Source of the DNA: Lama glama
Lineage: Eukaryota
Direction of reading: 5' to 3'
Assembly: GCA_028534125.1 (NCBI GenBank)
Contig: CM052817.1
Location: 107,138,001 to 107,202,000, forward strand
Length of the DNA: 64,000 bases
In this document: in pieces, positions 49,467 to 61,616 of the stretch
Layout: every line of letters starts with the position of its first letter
Numbering within the stretch: position 1 is the first letter of the stretch
Notes under the pieces: model-generated
Databases searched by the model: none
What the model was told of the DNA's origin: nothing
What the model saw: the letters and a program-made list of their open reading frames with translations, nothing else
Program-made: the position numbers and the translations under genes

Positions 49467-49857
49467 CTCATCTTTACACGCTTTTGTAAAACTTAAATTG
49501 CATGCTTTAAATAGATGCAGTTTATTGTATGTCAGTTACACTTCAATAGAGTTGTTTACAAAAAAAGAAGAAGAAGAAATTGGATTAACCAAGGAAGATG
49601 CAATGACTTTCCCCAGGCTTCCCAGCGGTGGCAACCACTCCAAGGTCAAAGTCCCAGTGCCAGGCTCCCTAGTCCAAGAGCTCTTCCTGTTGTTCACAGT
49701 TGATGCGAGAATATGTTTGCTCCCCAGGAAGGAAGACTAGACCCCAAGTGAGGACATCCAGATCTAGACTGACAAGGAAATTTTAATGTGTTATCACGTC
49801 TGATCTCTGCTCTCCCATGGCTTTGTGAGTCCTGGATTTCACCTGTTCACAAATCCA

Positions 49858-50655
49858 CTTTATTTTATTTTATTTTTTAAAATTAACTTATTTATTGAAG
49901 TACATTCAGTTACAACGTGTCAATTTCTGGTGTACAGCAGAATGTCCCAGTCATACAAATACATACATATATTCGTTTTCATACTCTTTTTCATTAAAGG
50001 TTATTATAAGATATTGAATATAGTTCCCTGTGCTCTACAGAAGATATTTTTTAATCTATATTTTTTATATATAGTGGCTAACATTTGCAAATCTCAAACT
50101 CCCAAATTTATCCCTTCCCACCCTCCTTCCCCCAGTAACCATAAGATTGTTTACTATGTCTGTGAGTCTGTTTCTGTTCTGTAGATAAGTTCATTAGTGT
50201 CCTCTTTTTCCCTTTTTTAAAATTTCACATATGAGTGATATCATATGGTATTTTTCTTTATCTTTCTGGCTTACTTCACTCAGAATGATGATCTCTAGGT
50301 CCATCCATGTTGCTGAGAAATGGCATTATTTTATTCTTTTTTATGGCTGAGTAGTATTTCATTGTATAAAGATACCACAGCTTCTTTATCCCATCATCTG
50401 TTGATGGACATTTAAGTTGCCTCCATGTCTTGGCTATTGTAAATAGTGCTGCTATGAACATTGGGGTGCATGTATCTTTTTGAATTAGAGTTTGGTTATA
50501 TGCCCAGGAGTGGGACTGCTGGATCATAGGGTAAGTCTACTTTTGGTTTTTTGAAGAATCTCCATACCGTTTTCTGTAATGGCTGCACCAAACTACATTC
50601 CCATGAACAGTGCAGGACGGTTCCCTTCCCTTCACACCCTCTCCAGCATTCACTA
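49858..50655 (-). mobile_element. 5'-truncated L1
   Basis: ORF2 C-terminal remnant (DTCTPMFIAALFTIAKTWRQLKCPSTDDGIKKLWY) plus 3'UTR. Confidence 0.93.
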
Positions 50656-51826
50656 ACTCATTTTAAGAGCAAAGTGTGGCAGCATAGTGAATCCGTTCTT
50701 GGATCAAGGGAGGAGTCATTTCATTTCAGACCCCTTAACTAGTATCTGAGAGGGCAACCCGTCCCCCGGCTGGCTGCACAGAAGAGGGTAAATGTGTAAC
50801 AAACAAGCTGCAAAAATGTAAAGTGGACCCATCTGTTGAGCACTGCTTGCTTGCTTCTTAGAATTAGACATTTCTCAATAATCCAAATAGCGGGTTCACA
50901 TGTTTTTCTTACAACCTACTTGCAGCCGTTTTTAAGCCACCTTCACTCCTTTATTACACATTTTACAAGGTTGAGAAGTACCACTTACTAGTCTAAATTG
51001 CCCTGATCTAAGCTGAAGTCACGTCCTGCCACCTAGAAATAAACAATCCCTCCCCACTGTCCTGACCATCTGGGGACAGAGAAGGAAACCGCCGTGTTTC
51101 AGCCAAGCTCAGAAACGTTATTTTAGTAAATTACATTTCAACTCGTCTGTCATTGTGATGTCCTTGCCGTTTTAATGCCTACATTCAAAGTGGTAAGTTC
51201 CTCTTCTTTTCTCTTTTGAAGCAAACCTGGCATTAAGTCGCTGGTATGTTTCACAATGCACAGCATCATACCAGCTGTTTCTGCCCAGTGTTAGCGACGC
51301 TCCTCTCTTTGGTCCAGGCAGAAATTACCATCATCACTCAGCACACTAACTGAGCGATGCCTTCCCGCTCAGCTCTTCCCAGAGTGGGCAAAACCAGTGC
51401 CACCCTCCCCTAATGCTATGATTTCCAGTCTATCTGTATTGCTTAGTATCCCGCCCCATTTTTCTATTTAAAAAAATTTTTTTTAACTTGAAGTCCACTC
51501 TTCTATTCTTTAATTTGCACTGGCAGGTTAACTATATTAGTGCTGGTCTCTCTGCAACTCTAATAATAAGAAACTCAATGATCACAAAGTCAGAAATGAC
51601 ATGAGGCCAAATGGACACCTGCAAGTAGAATGAAGCCACACTCCCTCCTGGGACCTTTTGTATACAAATAAAAAAGTAAACTCTCTCCTGCAGAACAGTG
51701 CATTTAAAGGAAATACTTATTCTTGCAGTGATGTCATCAACTATTTGACTCTCACAGAAAGAGAAGCTGCCTGTCTAAAATATGCACGGAGGAGGTGTGA
51801 GAGAAGGGACAGTGGGGCACCGGCCA

Positions 51827-52130
51827 GATCAGGGGGCATGAGCCATGACCCGTGGGCCAAATTTGGCTCGACCCCTGGTGTTGTGCAGTTGAAAATGGTC
51901 TCCATCTTTGTAAGTGGTTGGAAAAATGAAAAGAAGTCTATTTTGTGACACGTGAAGTCATGTGAAATTCTAGTTTCAGTGTCTAGAAATGAAGTTTTAT
52001 TGCAATAGAGGCACATGGTCATTCTGTGTATGGCCTGCGGCTGCTTGGGTGCTGCAAGACAGGGCTGAGCAGGGGTGACAGAAACATTCACTGTCTGGCC
52101 CTTAATAGGACAGTTTCCCCACCTCTGCTC
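51827..52130. mobile_element. MER58-like hAT-Charlie MITE
   Basis: CAGGGGG..CCCGTGGGCCAAATTTGGC..GAAGTTTTATTG..CTGTCTGGCCCTTAA..CCTCTG. Confidence 0.75.
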
Positions 52131-52183
52131 TAGCCCAGAGGGTTGGACCAGCGAGGAACATGGCCCTCTCCACCCTGCATTTT

Positions 52184-52763
52184 TTTTAATTGAAGTATAG
52201 TCAGCTTACAATGTTGTGTCAATTTCTGGTGTACAGCACATACATATTCCTTTTCATATTCTTTTTCATTACAGGTCACTATAAGATGTTGAATATAGTT
52301 CTCTGTGCTGTATGGAAGAAACTTGTTTATCTATTTTATATATAATAGTATCTGCAAATCTCAAACCTCCAGTTTATCCCTTCCTACCCCCTTTCCCACT
52401 GTAACCATAAGTTTGTTTTCTATGTTTGTGAATCTGTTTCAGTTTTGTGAATAAGTTCATTTGTCTTTTTTTTAAATTCCATATATAAGTGAGATCATAT
52501 GGCATTTCTCTTTCCCTTTCTGACTTACTTCACTTAGTATGATGATCTCCAGGGCCATCCATGTTGTTGCAAATGGCAATATTTTATTCTTCTTTATGGC
52601 TGAGTAGTATTCCATTGTATAAATATACCACAACTTCTTTATCCAGTCATCCGTCGATGGACGTTTAGGTTGTTTCCGTATCTTGGCTGGTGTAACTAGT
52701 GCTGTGATGAACACTGGGGTACATGTCTCTTTTCGAATTGAAGTTCTCTCTGGATATATTTGG
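52184..52763 (-). mobile_element. 5'-truncated L1 with TSD
   Basis: TSD CCCTGCATTTT at ~52173 and ~52764; ORF2 remnant (ETCTPVFITAL..DDWIKKLWYIYTMEYYSAIKKN). Confidence 0.93.
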
Positions 52764-53042
52764 CCCTGCATTTTGTGAAGATGGGTTCTGATGGGGCCCC
52801 TGGCTTGCCTCTACTTCTCTGTGTTGTTTCAGTGTAAATCCATATCCTCCACTCTGAGAGCATAAACACCAAACAAGTGATAATTCAGCATAAAAAAACA
52901 GAGGGTCAAGGAGTGACTTTAAATAACTTCCTGTGGTATTAAAAGTAGATTATGAAGGGAGTGTGCATCTCCCTGAATAAATCTACCTTCACGCTACCAA
53001 AAAAAAAAAAAGTAAATTGTAAAGCAGTAAAACGTTGCATGG

Positions 53043-53068
53043 GTGTGTGTGTGTGTGTGTGTGTGTGT
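53043..53068. repeat. (GT)n microsatellite
   Basis: Pure GT dinucleotide run. Confidence 0.9.
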
Positions 53069-54309
53069 AAGATGTCTTTTCTTCTGTGAGGCGTTTCCCT
53101 GTATGCTCTGTGGCAGACAAGTCAGAGACCAGTGCATCGTCCACCTTCCTAGAGAGCCACCATTGTGTCTGGTTGTCTGCTCTGGCCCCATGTGACTCAG
53201 GGTTCAACCCCAATTCATCCACGCCAGTCCCTGAAATTCCAGTCCTCTTGCCAGTGCTCGGTTTCAGGAAGAGAGAAATGACTCAGTAATGACCAACAAA
53301 ATGAGAGAGGAATGCACCTGAGGTTTTCGAGGAAAGGCGTCTCCACTGATGAAACACACACCTCACCCTGCCTCTTGGGCATTGTGGGATCTGCATGGGA
53401 CACCTGGAACAGCTGCAGCCTCCTTGGGCCTGAAGGCAGCCTGCTACCCTGAGGCCGCAGAACACGGAGCTGGGAGGAGGTTGTGCTTCTGAAGACACCA
53501 CTGAGCGACTGAGTTAAGCAACCCAGGAGTCCTCAGACTTTAGAAAATCTTAGTACATGACAATGATTTCCCTTATTATTTAAGTCACTTGTGACCAATT
53601 TCCTGTTACTTGCAGTACTCTGGTGGGTTTTATTGGTTCTGCATATGTAGATCTTGTTAGCATCTTTTTTCATGGGAATGTCTGGAGCCTGCCTCCATGC
53701 AGGTAAAGAATTCTTATATTAAATTGACTATTTTAGGCACATTTATACTAGGAAAATCCCAAGCCAAAATCAAACCAAAACAATGAAACCTATTTATTAT
53801 TATCTTCTTAGGATCCCCCTTAGGGTGACATAAACAGGTGAAAAATCGTCTGGTTGCAAAGTTTTGTCAAGATGAGTCTGTCAGTTTTATTTTCCAAGTA
53901 AAAGTCCAGAGATGTTTATAAAACTTTTGCTCCTGCCTTCTTGCTGTGCTCACCTGGAAAGATGCGGCATTATAGGTTTTTGGATTATATCAGCACCTTC
54001 ATGATAAAGTAGTCATTCTTGCAGCAAATACTACCAAGCATTTGACTAGCACATGGCACTGGCTGGGATGCTGTGGAAGCTTCAAAGCAAACAGAAGACA
54101 GTTCAAATCTCCAAAGGGAACTAACCAGGGATTGCTTGACCAGCAGATGGACAAGGCACACTCTCCTGAAACAGCTGGAAAAGCTGAGTACCCCCATGAC
54201 ACGTGGCTCAAACTGCACTTTGAGGTTTCAGTGAATGATAGCATCTGTCCTGAGAGCAGACGGCGCTTCCTGAAGGAGGCGAACGTGGTCCTCTTTAGAC
54301 TGCACGGTG

Positions 54310-54613
54310 TGACCGTCCATCTGTGATGCTGTAGCACAGTGGCACAGGCCAGGTGACCTATGAGCAACGGAAGTTTATTTCCTACAGTCCTGGAGGCTGG
54401 GCGTCTGAGATCAAGGCTCCTGGTGAGAGCAGATTCAGTGTCTGGGGCCGGGGCCCTTTTCCACAATAAACTCACATGGCCGACGTGGGGAGGGGCTCTC
54501 TGGGATCTTGGTTATAATCATGCCCCAAAGGCTTCACTTCCAAACACCGTCACATTGAGCCTTAGGAGTTAACATATGAATCTGGGGGGCACAGAAGCAT
54601 TCAGTCTGTAACA
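54310..54613 (-). mobile_element. MLT1A-like MaLR solo LTR
   Basis: Reverse strand starts TGTTACAGACTGAATGCTTCTGTGCCCCCCAGATTCATATGTT; + strand shows TTTATTTCCTACAGTCCTGGAGGCTGG. Confidence 0.8.
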
Positions 54614-54814
54614 TAACGAGAAACCAGGAAACCAGAGGCCACATCAACCTTTGTTCATTCTGACCCAGTGCTGGGTACCTGGTGGACACCAATATTAGTT
54701 GAACAATCAGTTGAACTGTGCATAAGCAGCGGGTGAATTCTCGAATTCTTTATAACTCTGAAATCCAATTTATAATTCTCTGTGTAATTTCCTCGTATCG
54801 TATCATGTATCGAG

Positions 54815-54828
54815 GTTGCCGTGGTAAC
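54815..54828. promoter_or_regulatory. Near-perfect palindromic RFX X-box
   Basis: GTTGCCGTGGTAAC versus consensus GTTGCCATGGCAAC. Confidence 0.5.
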
Positions 54829-54984
54829 ACAATAATCCTACGAGATTATTGGAGGCTGCCTCTGATGTTTTCAGATTGTTCACAGGAGGTTTATTGTCTG
54901 AGGAAAGAACAAATGTTTGTAACAAGGATGTTTCTGCCTGAGACTTATTTGGCGCTTTCAGAAATTTGACAAACTGAATATTGG

Positions 54985-56640
54985 TTTTTCTTCCAGTTTT
55001 GTTAAGATACAATTGACGTATGGCATGGCATGAGTTTAAGGTGTAATATTTTATGCATCATGACTTGACTTGCATACATCATGAAGTGACGGTCACAGTG
55101 TTTCATGAACATCCCTCATCTCATGTCTTACACGTTCAAAATAGAAGAAATAGAATCAAAACTTGTTCTTGAGATGAGAACTTAGGATTTACCCTCAACA
55201 ACTGTCATGTGTAACCTGGAGCGGTGTTCATTGTATTCTTCATGTTGTACATTACATCCCGAGTCCTGATTTATCTTATAACCGGGCGTCTGTTCATGCT
55301 GACTGCCTTCACCGAAACCCCTCTCCCTCCCGACCCGCCTTCCCACCCCTGGTGACCACAAACGAGTCTGACCTCTTCTCCCATGGGTTGGTTGGTTTCT
55401 GAAGTGTAATTGACCTGAACACTAGGTGAGTTCCTGTTACACAGCATAGTAATTTGGTGTGTCTGTACATTTCAAAGTGATCACCACAATAAGCCTAGTT
55501 GTCATGTTCACCATACTGAGTTATTACAGAACTGTTAACTATTCCCCACACTGTACATAGCGCTCTCCGTGTGTGATCATCTTAAGTTGCTGACCTCTTC
55601 AGTTCAAACGCATTTCAACAACCCTGCAGGTTTACTCCCCGCCCCCAACATTTGCTGTCTCTGACACCCTGTTCTCCATCTGTTTGCTCTGTGTACCCCT
55701 TGACTACACTTACTGCAGGTGTAGATGATTTTATCCTTTCATCTTTTAACCTTCCCACCAGCTTTCCACGTGGCTGATTCACTGCCATTACTGTAGCTTT
55801 GCCTCTGCCTTTTGTAATTTGCGTGTTTCTGGCTGTGGCCTTCTCGTTTTTGGTTAGAGAAGTCCCTTTAACGTTTCTTGGGAGCTGGCTTGACAGTGCC
55901 GAACTCCTAGCTTTTGCTCGTCTGTGGGGCTTTCCGTCTCTCCACCGATCTGATTCAGAACTTGCAGGGCGAGGTGGTCTTTGCTCTAGGGTTTTCCCTT
56001 TCGTCACTTTAGATGCCGCTCCCTTCTGCCCTGCAGAGTTCCTGCTGAGAAGCCGGCTGGCCGCCTTACGGGAGTTCCCCTGAATGTTACTGTTCGCGTT
56101 TCACTTGGTGCTTTTAATAGTCTCTACTTATCTTTAATTTTTGTCATCGTAATTACAGCGTGACTTGGTGTGGTCCTCTTTGGGCTGCCTCTGTTTGGGA
56201 TTCTCTGTGCTTCCTGGAGTTGGATGTCCGTTTCCTTTCCCAGGTGAGGGAAGTTTGCAGCTGTTTTGTCTGCCCCCTTCTCTCTTTCTTCTCCTTCTAG
56301 GACCTCTATAACGTCAGTGTTAGTGTCTTGATGTTGTCCCCGAAGTCTCTCAAACTGGCCTCATTTCCTTTTATTTTTTTCTGTTCTGTGGCAGTGATTT
56401 CCACTCCTCTGCCTTCCAGCTCACTGATCTGCTCCTCTGTAGCATTTAGACTACTGCTGATTCCTTCTGTGTACTTTTCATTTCAGTTATTGTATTTTTC
56501 ATCTGTTTACTTGTTCTCTATATTTTCTGAATCCTTGTTAAAAACTTCTTAACTTCTCTCTCTGTTCATCCATTCTTCTCCCTAGTTCTTTGATCATCTT
56601 TACGATCATTACCCTGAGCTCTTTCTTAGGTAGATTTTGG
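54985..56640 (-). mobile_element. L1 relic: ORF1 + inter-ORF region joined directly to an L1MA9-like 3'UTR
   Basis: Minus-strand ORF1-like remnants (ELRVMIVKMIKELGRRMDEQREKL; MTKGKTLEQR..) at 56640-55860, inter-ORF sequence to ~55565, then 3'UTR and tail to ~54985. Confidence 0.75.
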
Positions 56641-57049
56641 TTACAGTTTTCTCTGTTCATGGATATACGGGCCTGAATATGTGTTTGGAGTGAAATCTTT
56701 TTGTTTGTTTGTTTGTTTCCCATTTTGGCTTATTCTTTACAATAAAAGAACTATTTCCTTGGTGAAAGAAAGAAAAGAAAGAAAGAGAAAAAAAGCAAAA
56801 AAAAAAAAAAGAGGAGGTTTGGCTCACTTTACAAAGACACTAGTTAGCGATCCTAAGAAATCTGGATAAAAACCTTACAGAAACAAGAGAACATCATTTC
56901 ACGTTTTTTAGGAGAAGAGATGTTACTTTATCTGAGTTTTGGATTACTCTTGGCAGCTGATGTAGGATGGACTTGATAAGAGAGAAACTGGAGCCATGAC
57001 TGGTTAGGACGTTATCATGATAAACCAGATGAAAGACGCTGAAAGACTG

Positions 57050-57190
57050 TTTGCCAGCACTGCCTGCCTCTCACCGAGAAGAGACGCCCCTTGAAGGCGA
57101 GGTCTTTGCTTTGTTTCCTGCTGTATCCCCCACACTCAAAACAGTGCTGGGCACATAGTCCAATAAATATTTGTTACATAAATGAATACG
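57050..57190 (+). mobile_element. L2 3' end
   Basis: CTGCTGTATCCCC..AACAGTGCTGGGCACATAGT..AATAAATATTTGTT..AATGAAT. Confidence 0.75.
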
Positions 57191-57447
57191 TAAATCAGCG
57201 AGAGAGTAAATGAATAGATGAGTTAATGAATTAATTGAAACATGGCAGATACAGAGGGGAGGTCAGGAAAAGACATTAGCCTCGGCACGGAATTTTCTGA
57301 ATTCTCTTTTTCTACTGACACAAGCTACTGCCGGGTTCTTTCTAAGTGTTGGCAAGCAGATGAAGTTTGTTGGAAACTCTCCCAGATTTGCCTGTCTGTG
57401 TTCTTCCCAGCCTCTGTGGCACCTGCTTCTTTAGTGTCCACTGTCTT

Positions 57448-57790
57448 CAGAGGTTGGCAAACTACAGCTCCTGGATCAAACTTGTCCTGCCACCTGCTTT
57501 TGCAGGGCATGTGGGCAAAGAATGGCTTTTACCTTTTCAAATAGTTGGGGGTGGGGAAAGCAAATGAGTAATGGTTTGTAACATGTGAAAACTGTTTGAA
57601 ATTATAATGTCTTTGTCTACAAAGTTTTATTGGAACACAGCCATGCTCACTCATTTACACAGTGTCCAGAGCTGCTTTTGACCCACGAGGGCAGAGCTTA
57701 GCAGTTGAGACGGAGGTTGTATGCCCCACATGCAAAGCCAAAAATTTTTCCTCTCTGGCCCATTACAGGAAAAGTTTGCACACCCCTGAT
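57448..57790. mobile_element. MER58-like hAT-Charlie MITE
   Basis: CAGAGGTTGGCAAACTACAG..AAAGTTTTATTGGAACACAGCCATGCTC..AAAGTTTGCACACCCCTG terminal inverted repeats. Confidence 0.82.
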
Positions 57791-58149
57791 CTAGAAGCAC
57801 TCTTGAGAAACACTTCGATGTTTATTCACAGTAAGAAATAAATCATTTATCAGTGAAAGCTCCCAAAACATATTTTACAAAATGTAACAGGTAAGACAAA
57901 GCATCAAATTACAACAAGAAACAAACAAGAAAGAGGAAGAGACACTGATAATAATACTGCTGTATCTTAGGTGTCAGGTTCTCAGATAAGCAATTTTAAG
58001 TAAAATTGATTAATTAATCCTCATCTTCCAGCAAGGCCACCAGATAGGTGTCACTGTTCCTGCTTAATAGATGAGAAGCTTAAACTCAGAGGCCTGGGTC
58101 ACAAAGCCAGCAAAAGGCAAAGCCAGCATTAGACCCTACAGTAGTTTAA

Positions 58150-58245
58150 TTTCTTTTTTTCTAAATGGAGGTACTGGGGATTGAACCCGGGACCTCGTGC
58201 ATGCTAAGCATGTGCTCTACCACTGAGCTAAACCCCTCCACCCCC
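58150..58245 (-). mobile_element. tRNA-Ala-derived SINE (Vic-1-like)
   Basis: Core motif near-identical to the other copies. Confidence 0.85.
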
Positions 58246-61054
58246 TGCCATTCCTGCACTAGGTTAGCTTCAAAAACGCATCCTTCACTGTAACTTTAGA
58301 ATTTCAGAACCGGAGGAGGAAGTCACGTTGGGTGCGTACAGGAGAGTCGGAAAGCGGGCTCTACTCCCTGTCCTTGAGATCACAGTTTCTCCAGGGCAGG
58401 AAGATGCAGAACCAGGACCCACAAAGCTCTACATGTGTTAGTGGAAGCACGTCTCCTTCCCCATCACGACCTGGCGCTCACGGCGGAGGACCGACGCTGG
58501 GCGGCTCTGTTTATGTATCCCAGCTGTGAGTGGCCCCACGGGAGCTGGTCCTCAGCCGTGAGTGAGAACTCCAAAGAAGACGGGCACTTGAGGGTTTTGT
58601 TAACCCAGGAGCTGCCAACTTCACGGCTGGCGAATGAGGGCTGGAATTTTGGGGAAAAGAATGGAAGAGCCAAAAAAGCCCGCCATATGATGAAAAAAGT
58701 TAACTCCCTACGGGATGTTGCAACAGCAGCCGAACAAAGATGAACAAAGTTGTTAAAGGAATAATTAAGACACCATGGATTGGACAGGAGTTGGAAATTT
58801 TGAGCTTTAAGCAGGGAATTGGATCCAGCAGAGCGTCTAGGCTCTGAGGAATGAGGGTTAGGGGAGGAAAAGTGGATCATTTCAAGAAAACACCCATAAA
58901 ACTGCCCATCAGGGGAGACACATGTCTGTGTTGCTGGTTGGGTGGTGATAGGCGGACCTTTGGTTAGGTCAGCCCTGGGCCGGCTCCAGGGGACTGCTGT
59001 GAGCGTGGTGTCCTGTACCTGGTGCCTGCATCAGCTGTGTGACCAGGGAGGGTCGTCCCAGAGCTTTCTGTGCCTTGCACACAGCATCCTGCTATTCCTA
59101 AAGCACAGATGAGGAGATGGGGGTTCAGGAAAGTTCTGTGACTTAACTGCAAAGCCACTGAGAACCTTGAGTCTCTGGGGAGCCCATCCCCACGCTTTGT
59201 TTGCAGAGCATACGTACTTCTCACTCTTTGGTCTGAAACAAAGGGTCTAGACTCAGGTGCCAAGGAATTGCTCTTTTAAAAAAAAATGGACTGCGGTCCA
59301 CAGGGTGAAGAAGGAAAGACTGCAATATAGACGCTCCTCTCACGTTCGCAGCAGTGTGAGGTGACGACGAAATTTTAGCAACAACTAAAACATCACACAG
59401 AGGGTCATTATGTCCCCCAAATCAGCAGGTGTCTGCAGGATGCGTGCGGGTGGCCCAACAGGGACAAAAGATCCGTGTTTACGTAAGTTTGGGAAACGCT
59501 AGGTTATTGCACACAGGTTGATCTACCACTGGATTTCTCAGGACTGTTAACATGTTTTCATATGCTGGGAAATTCTAACAGGCAACGGGACAGTGTTCCC
59601 AAGTGTACTGACGGTGGACCACCCCTGCCCCACACCCAGACATCTCCATGCCAGTCATGAGAACAGCATTTGGGGAATATTTGGGAAAACACCGACCTCA
59701 GCATACCCTGAAATTTCAGTAAGATGAATGAATACAACTCTAATTTCATCTTGTTTGGAGATGGTGAAATTTTTCTGATAGCAGGAGTTTTGTAGGAGAG
59801 CCCTCAGGTACCTGTCACGTTGGGAGAGAAAAGAGTTTCCGCGGTCTGGCCGTTTACCAGAGCAGTTGTACCTGAGTGGGAACCGGACCCACTGGCGAAC
59901 ACACAGGCATCACCAGGAGCTGTGGTGACTAGGTGCTGGGCAAATATCCGCCCACATCCTGCATCCGGAGAGCCACTTCTCACACTTTCAACTTCCCTGG
60001 AAAGCTTTGATGACTTTTTTAGGCACAGACCTGTTACCACACCAACCACTCACTCCATCTGAGCATCTGGTCAGACCGTTGCCCACCTGTGCTCTCTGCA
60101 AACTCTGAGCACCCCTGACCCAGGACAAAACGAAGGGGCTGCAGGGCCGGGAGGGGCCAGGTGACACCATGACCGCAGCCAAGGCAGCTCCCGCCTCCCA
60201 GATCTGGGGTCAACTTTGGGTAAGAGGAGTGACGTTCCTTCTTTGTGTCCCCAGTCTGCCTGGACCATTCTGCACCCACGGTGGTTCTGGGATTTCTGAA
60301 GCTCCTCCGGGGCCAGCAGCTCACTGTCTACTTTATGCAGGACCATTCTTCCTGAAAGTCTTAGCTCCTTTACACGCTCACATCCTCAACTTTCAATACC
60401 AAGTTTACCTCAGGGGTCAGCCACCCAGACCTCCTCTTATTTTTGCTTGTTTCACCCACTTCCACAATTCCTTGATTCCTTTTTGTTCATTGTCTTACAT
60501 TTAAAAGGCCAATACATCTTAAATACCCCTGCCTTTGGGCATCATCTGTTAGACAGTGTCCTTCTCATCTGATAATTTCTTCCCTCTTCCAACAGCTTCT
60601 GATACAGTTGGGGGAATTTTCTAATTCTCGCTTCAGGATTTTATCCGTCTAGCTAAAACATCCCAATGTCTAAAGGCCTGCCTCCTGCAAATGTGGCCTG
60701 CGTGAGGATTTTTAGAGTACAGAACGTGTCTGCGTTAAGCCGGTTAGAAACAAAGCCGTGGGGTGGGGCGATTAAGACTCCAAACTGTGAGCCAGCCTGT
60801 GGGGGAGGGAAGGGCATGATCGCTGTGGCTCTGGACAAGGGACCAAGCTTTCTGTGCCTCGTTCCCCAGTGATAAACTGGCGGAAACAATGCTCCCTACT
60901 CCCTTTGGATGGTATAAGAATTAATTGCATTAACGCATCTCAAAGGTTATGACAGCACCTAGAACTTAGGAAATGCTGTACCATCATTAGCTACTATTAT
61001 TTCTACCACCTAGAATAACAAAAGCACCTTAGAAGAAAGTGTGGTGATTATTTA

Positions 61055-61348
61055 TTACTTTTTAAATTGACGTATAGTCAGTGTACAATGTTGTGCCAGT
61101 TCCTTGTGTACAGCATCGTGATTCAGTCATACATGTACATACGTGTATTTGTTCTCATTCTTTTTCATTATAGGTTACTGCAGGATACTGAACGTAGCTC
61201 CTTGTGCTTTACCTTAGGATTTTGTTGTTTATCTATTTTATATACAGTAGTGTGTGTCTGCAAATCTGGAACTCCCGATTTATCCCTTCCCACCCCCTTT
61301 CCCCCTTGCTAACCATAAGTTTGTTCTCCACGTCTGTCTGTGAGTCTG
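61055..61348 (-). mobile_element. Short L1 3' end immediately upstream of the exon 2 acceptor
   Basis: TTTAAATTGACGTATAGTCAGTGTACAATGTTGTG..AACCATAAGTTTGTT..TGTGAGTCTG. Confidence 0.88.
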
Positions 61349-61383
61349 AGTCTTCTAAACACATTCTTTTCTCTCTGTTGAAG

Positions 61384-61616
61384 GCCCAGATTATGTAAAG
61401 GACCATCTACCGAAGGTTGCCCAGCACACCGCCTATATCGGAGAAAAGCGCCCGGCCCTAGAAAAAACGGGAGATCTCCGGTATCTCTGGAGACCCGCCT
61501 CCAACCAAAGCTTACCAGCAAAGTACAAGTCTGAGTACGTGGGTGAAATCGGTTGGGGAATACCGCAGTATGATTTCATCAACAGAACAAGGCTTCAGAC
61601 TGGCTTTCACATCAAG
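61384..61616 (+). CDS. SPMIP2: SPMIP2/C4orf45 coding exon 2 (GPDYVKDHLPKVAQHTAYIGEKRPALEKTGDLRYLWRPASNQSLPAKYKSEYVGEIGWGIPQYDFINRTRLQTGFHIK)
   Basis: Polypyrimidine tract + TTGAAG| acceptor, 233 nt open (2 nt + 77 codons), AAG|GTATT donor. Close match to recalled human C4orf45 (GPDYIKDYLPK..LEKTGDLKYLWRPASNRSLPAKYK..GFHIK). Confidence 0.93.

Larger units (their letters stand above)
47925..49565 (+). mobile_element. Old L1M (ORF2 3' half + 3'UTR), interrupted by MER53 and a SINE
   Basis: GGAAAGGATAGTCTT..AAAACCTAAAACTGTAAAACGTCTA..; 3' end resumes at ~49466 to the A tail at 49560. Confidence 0.82.
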
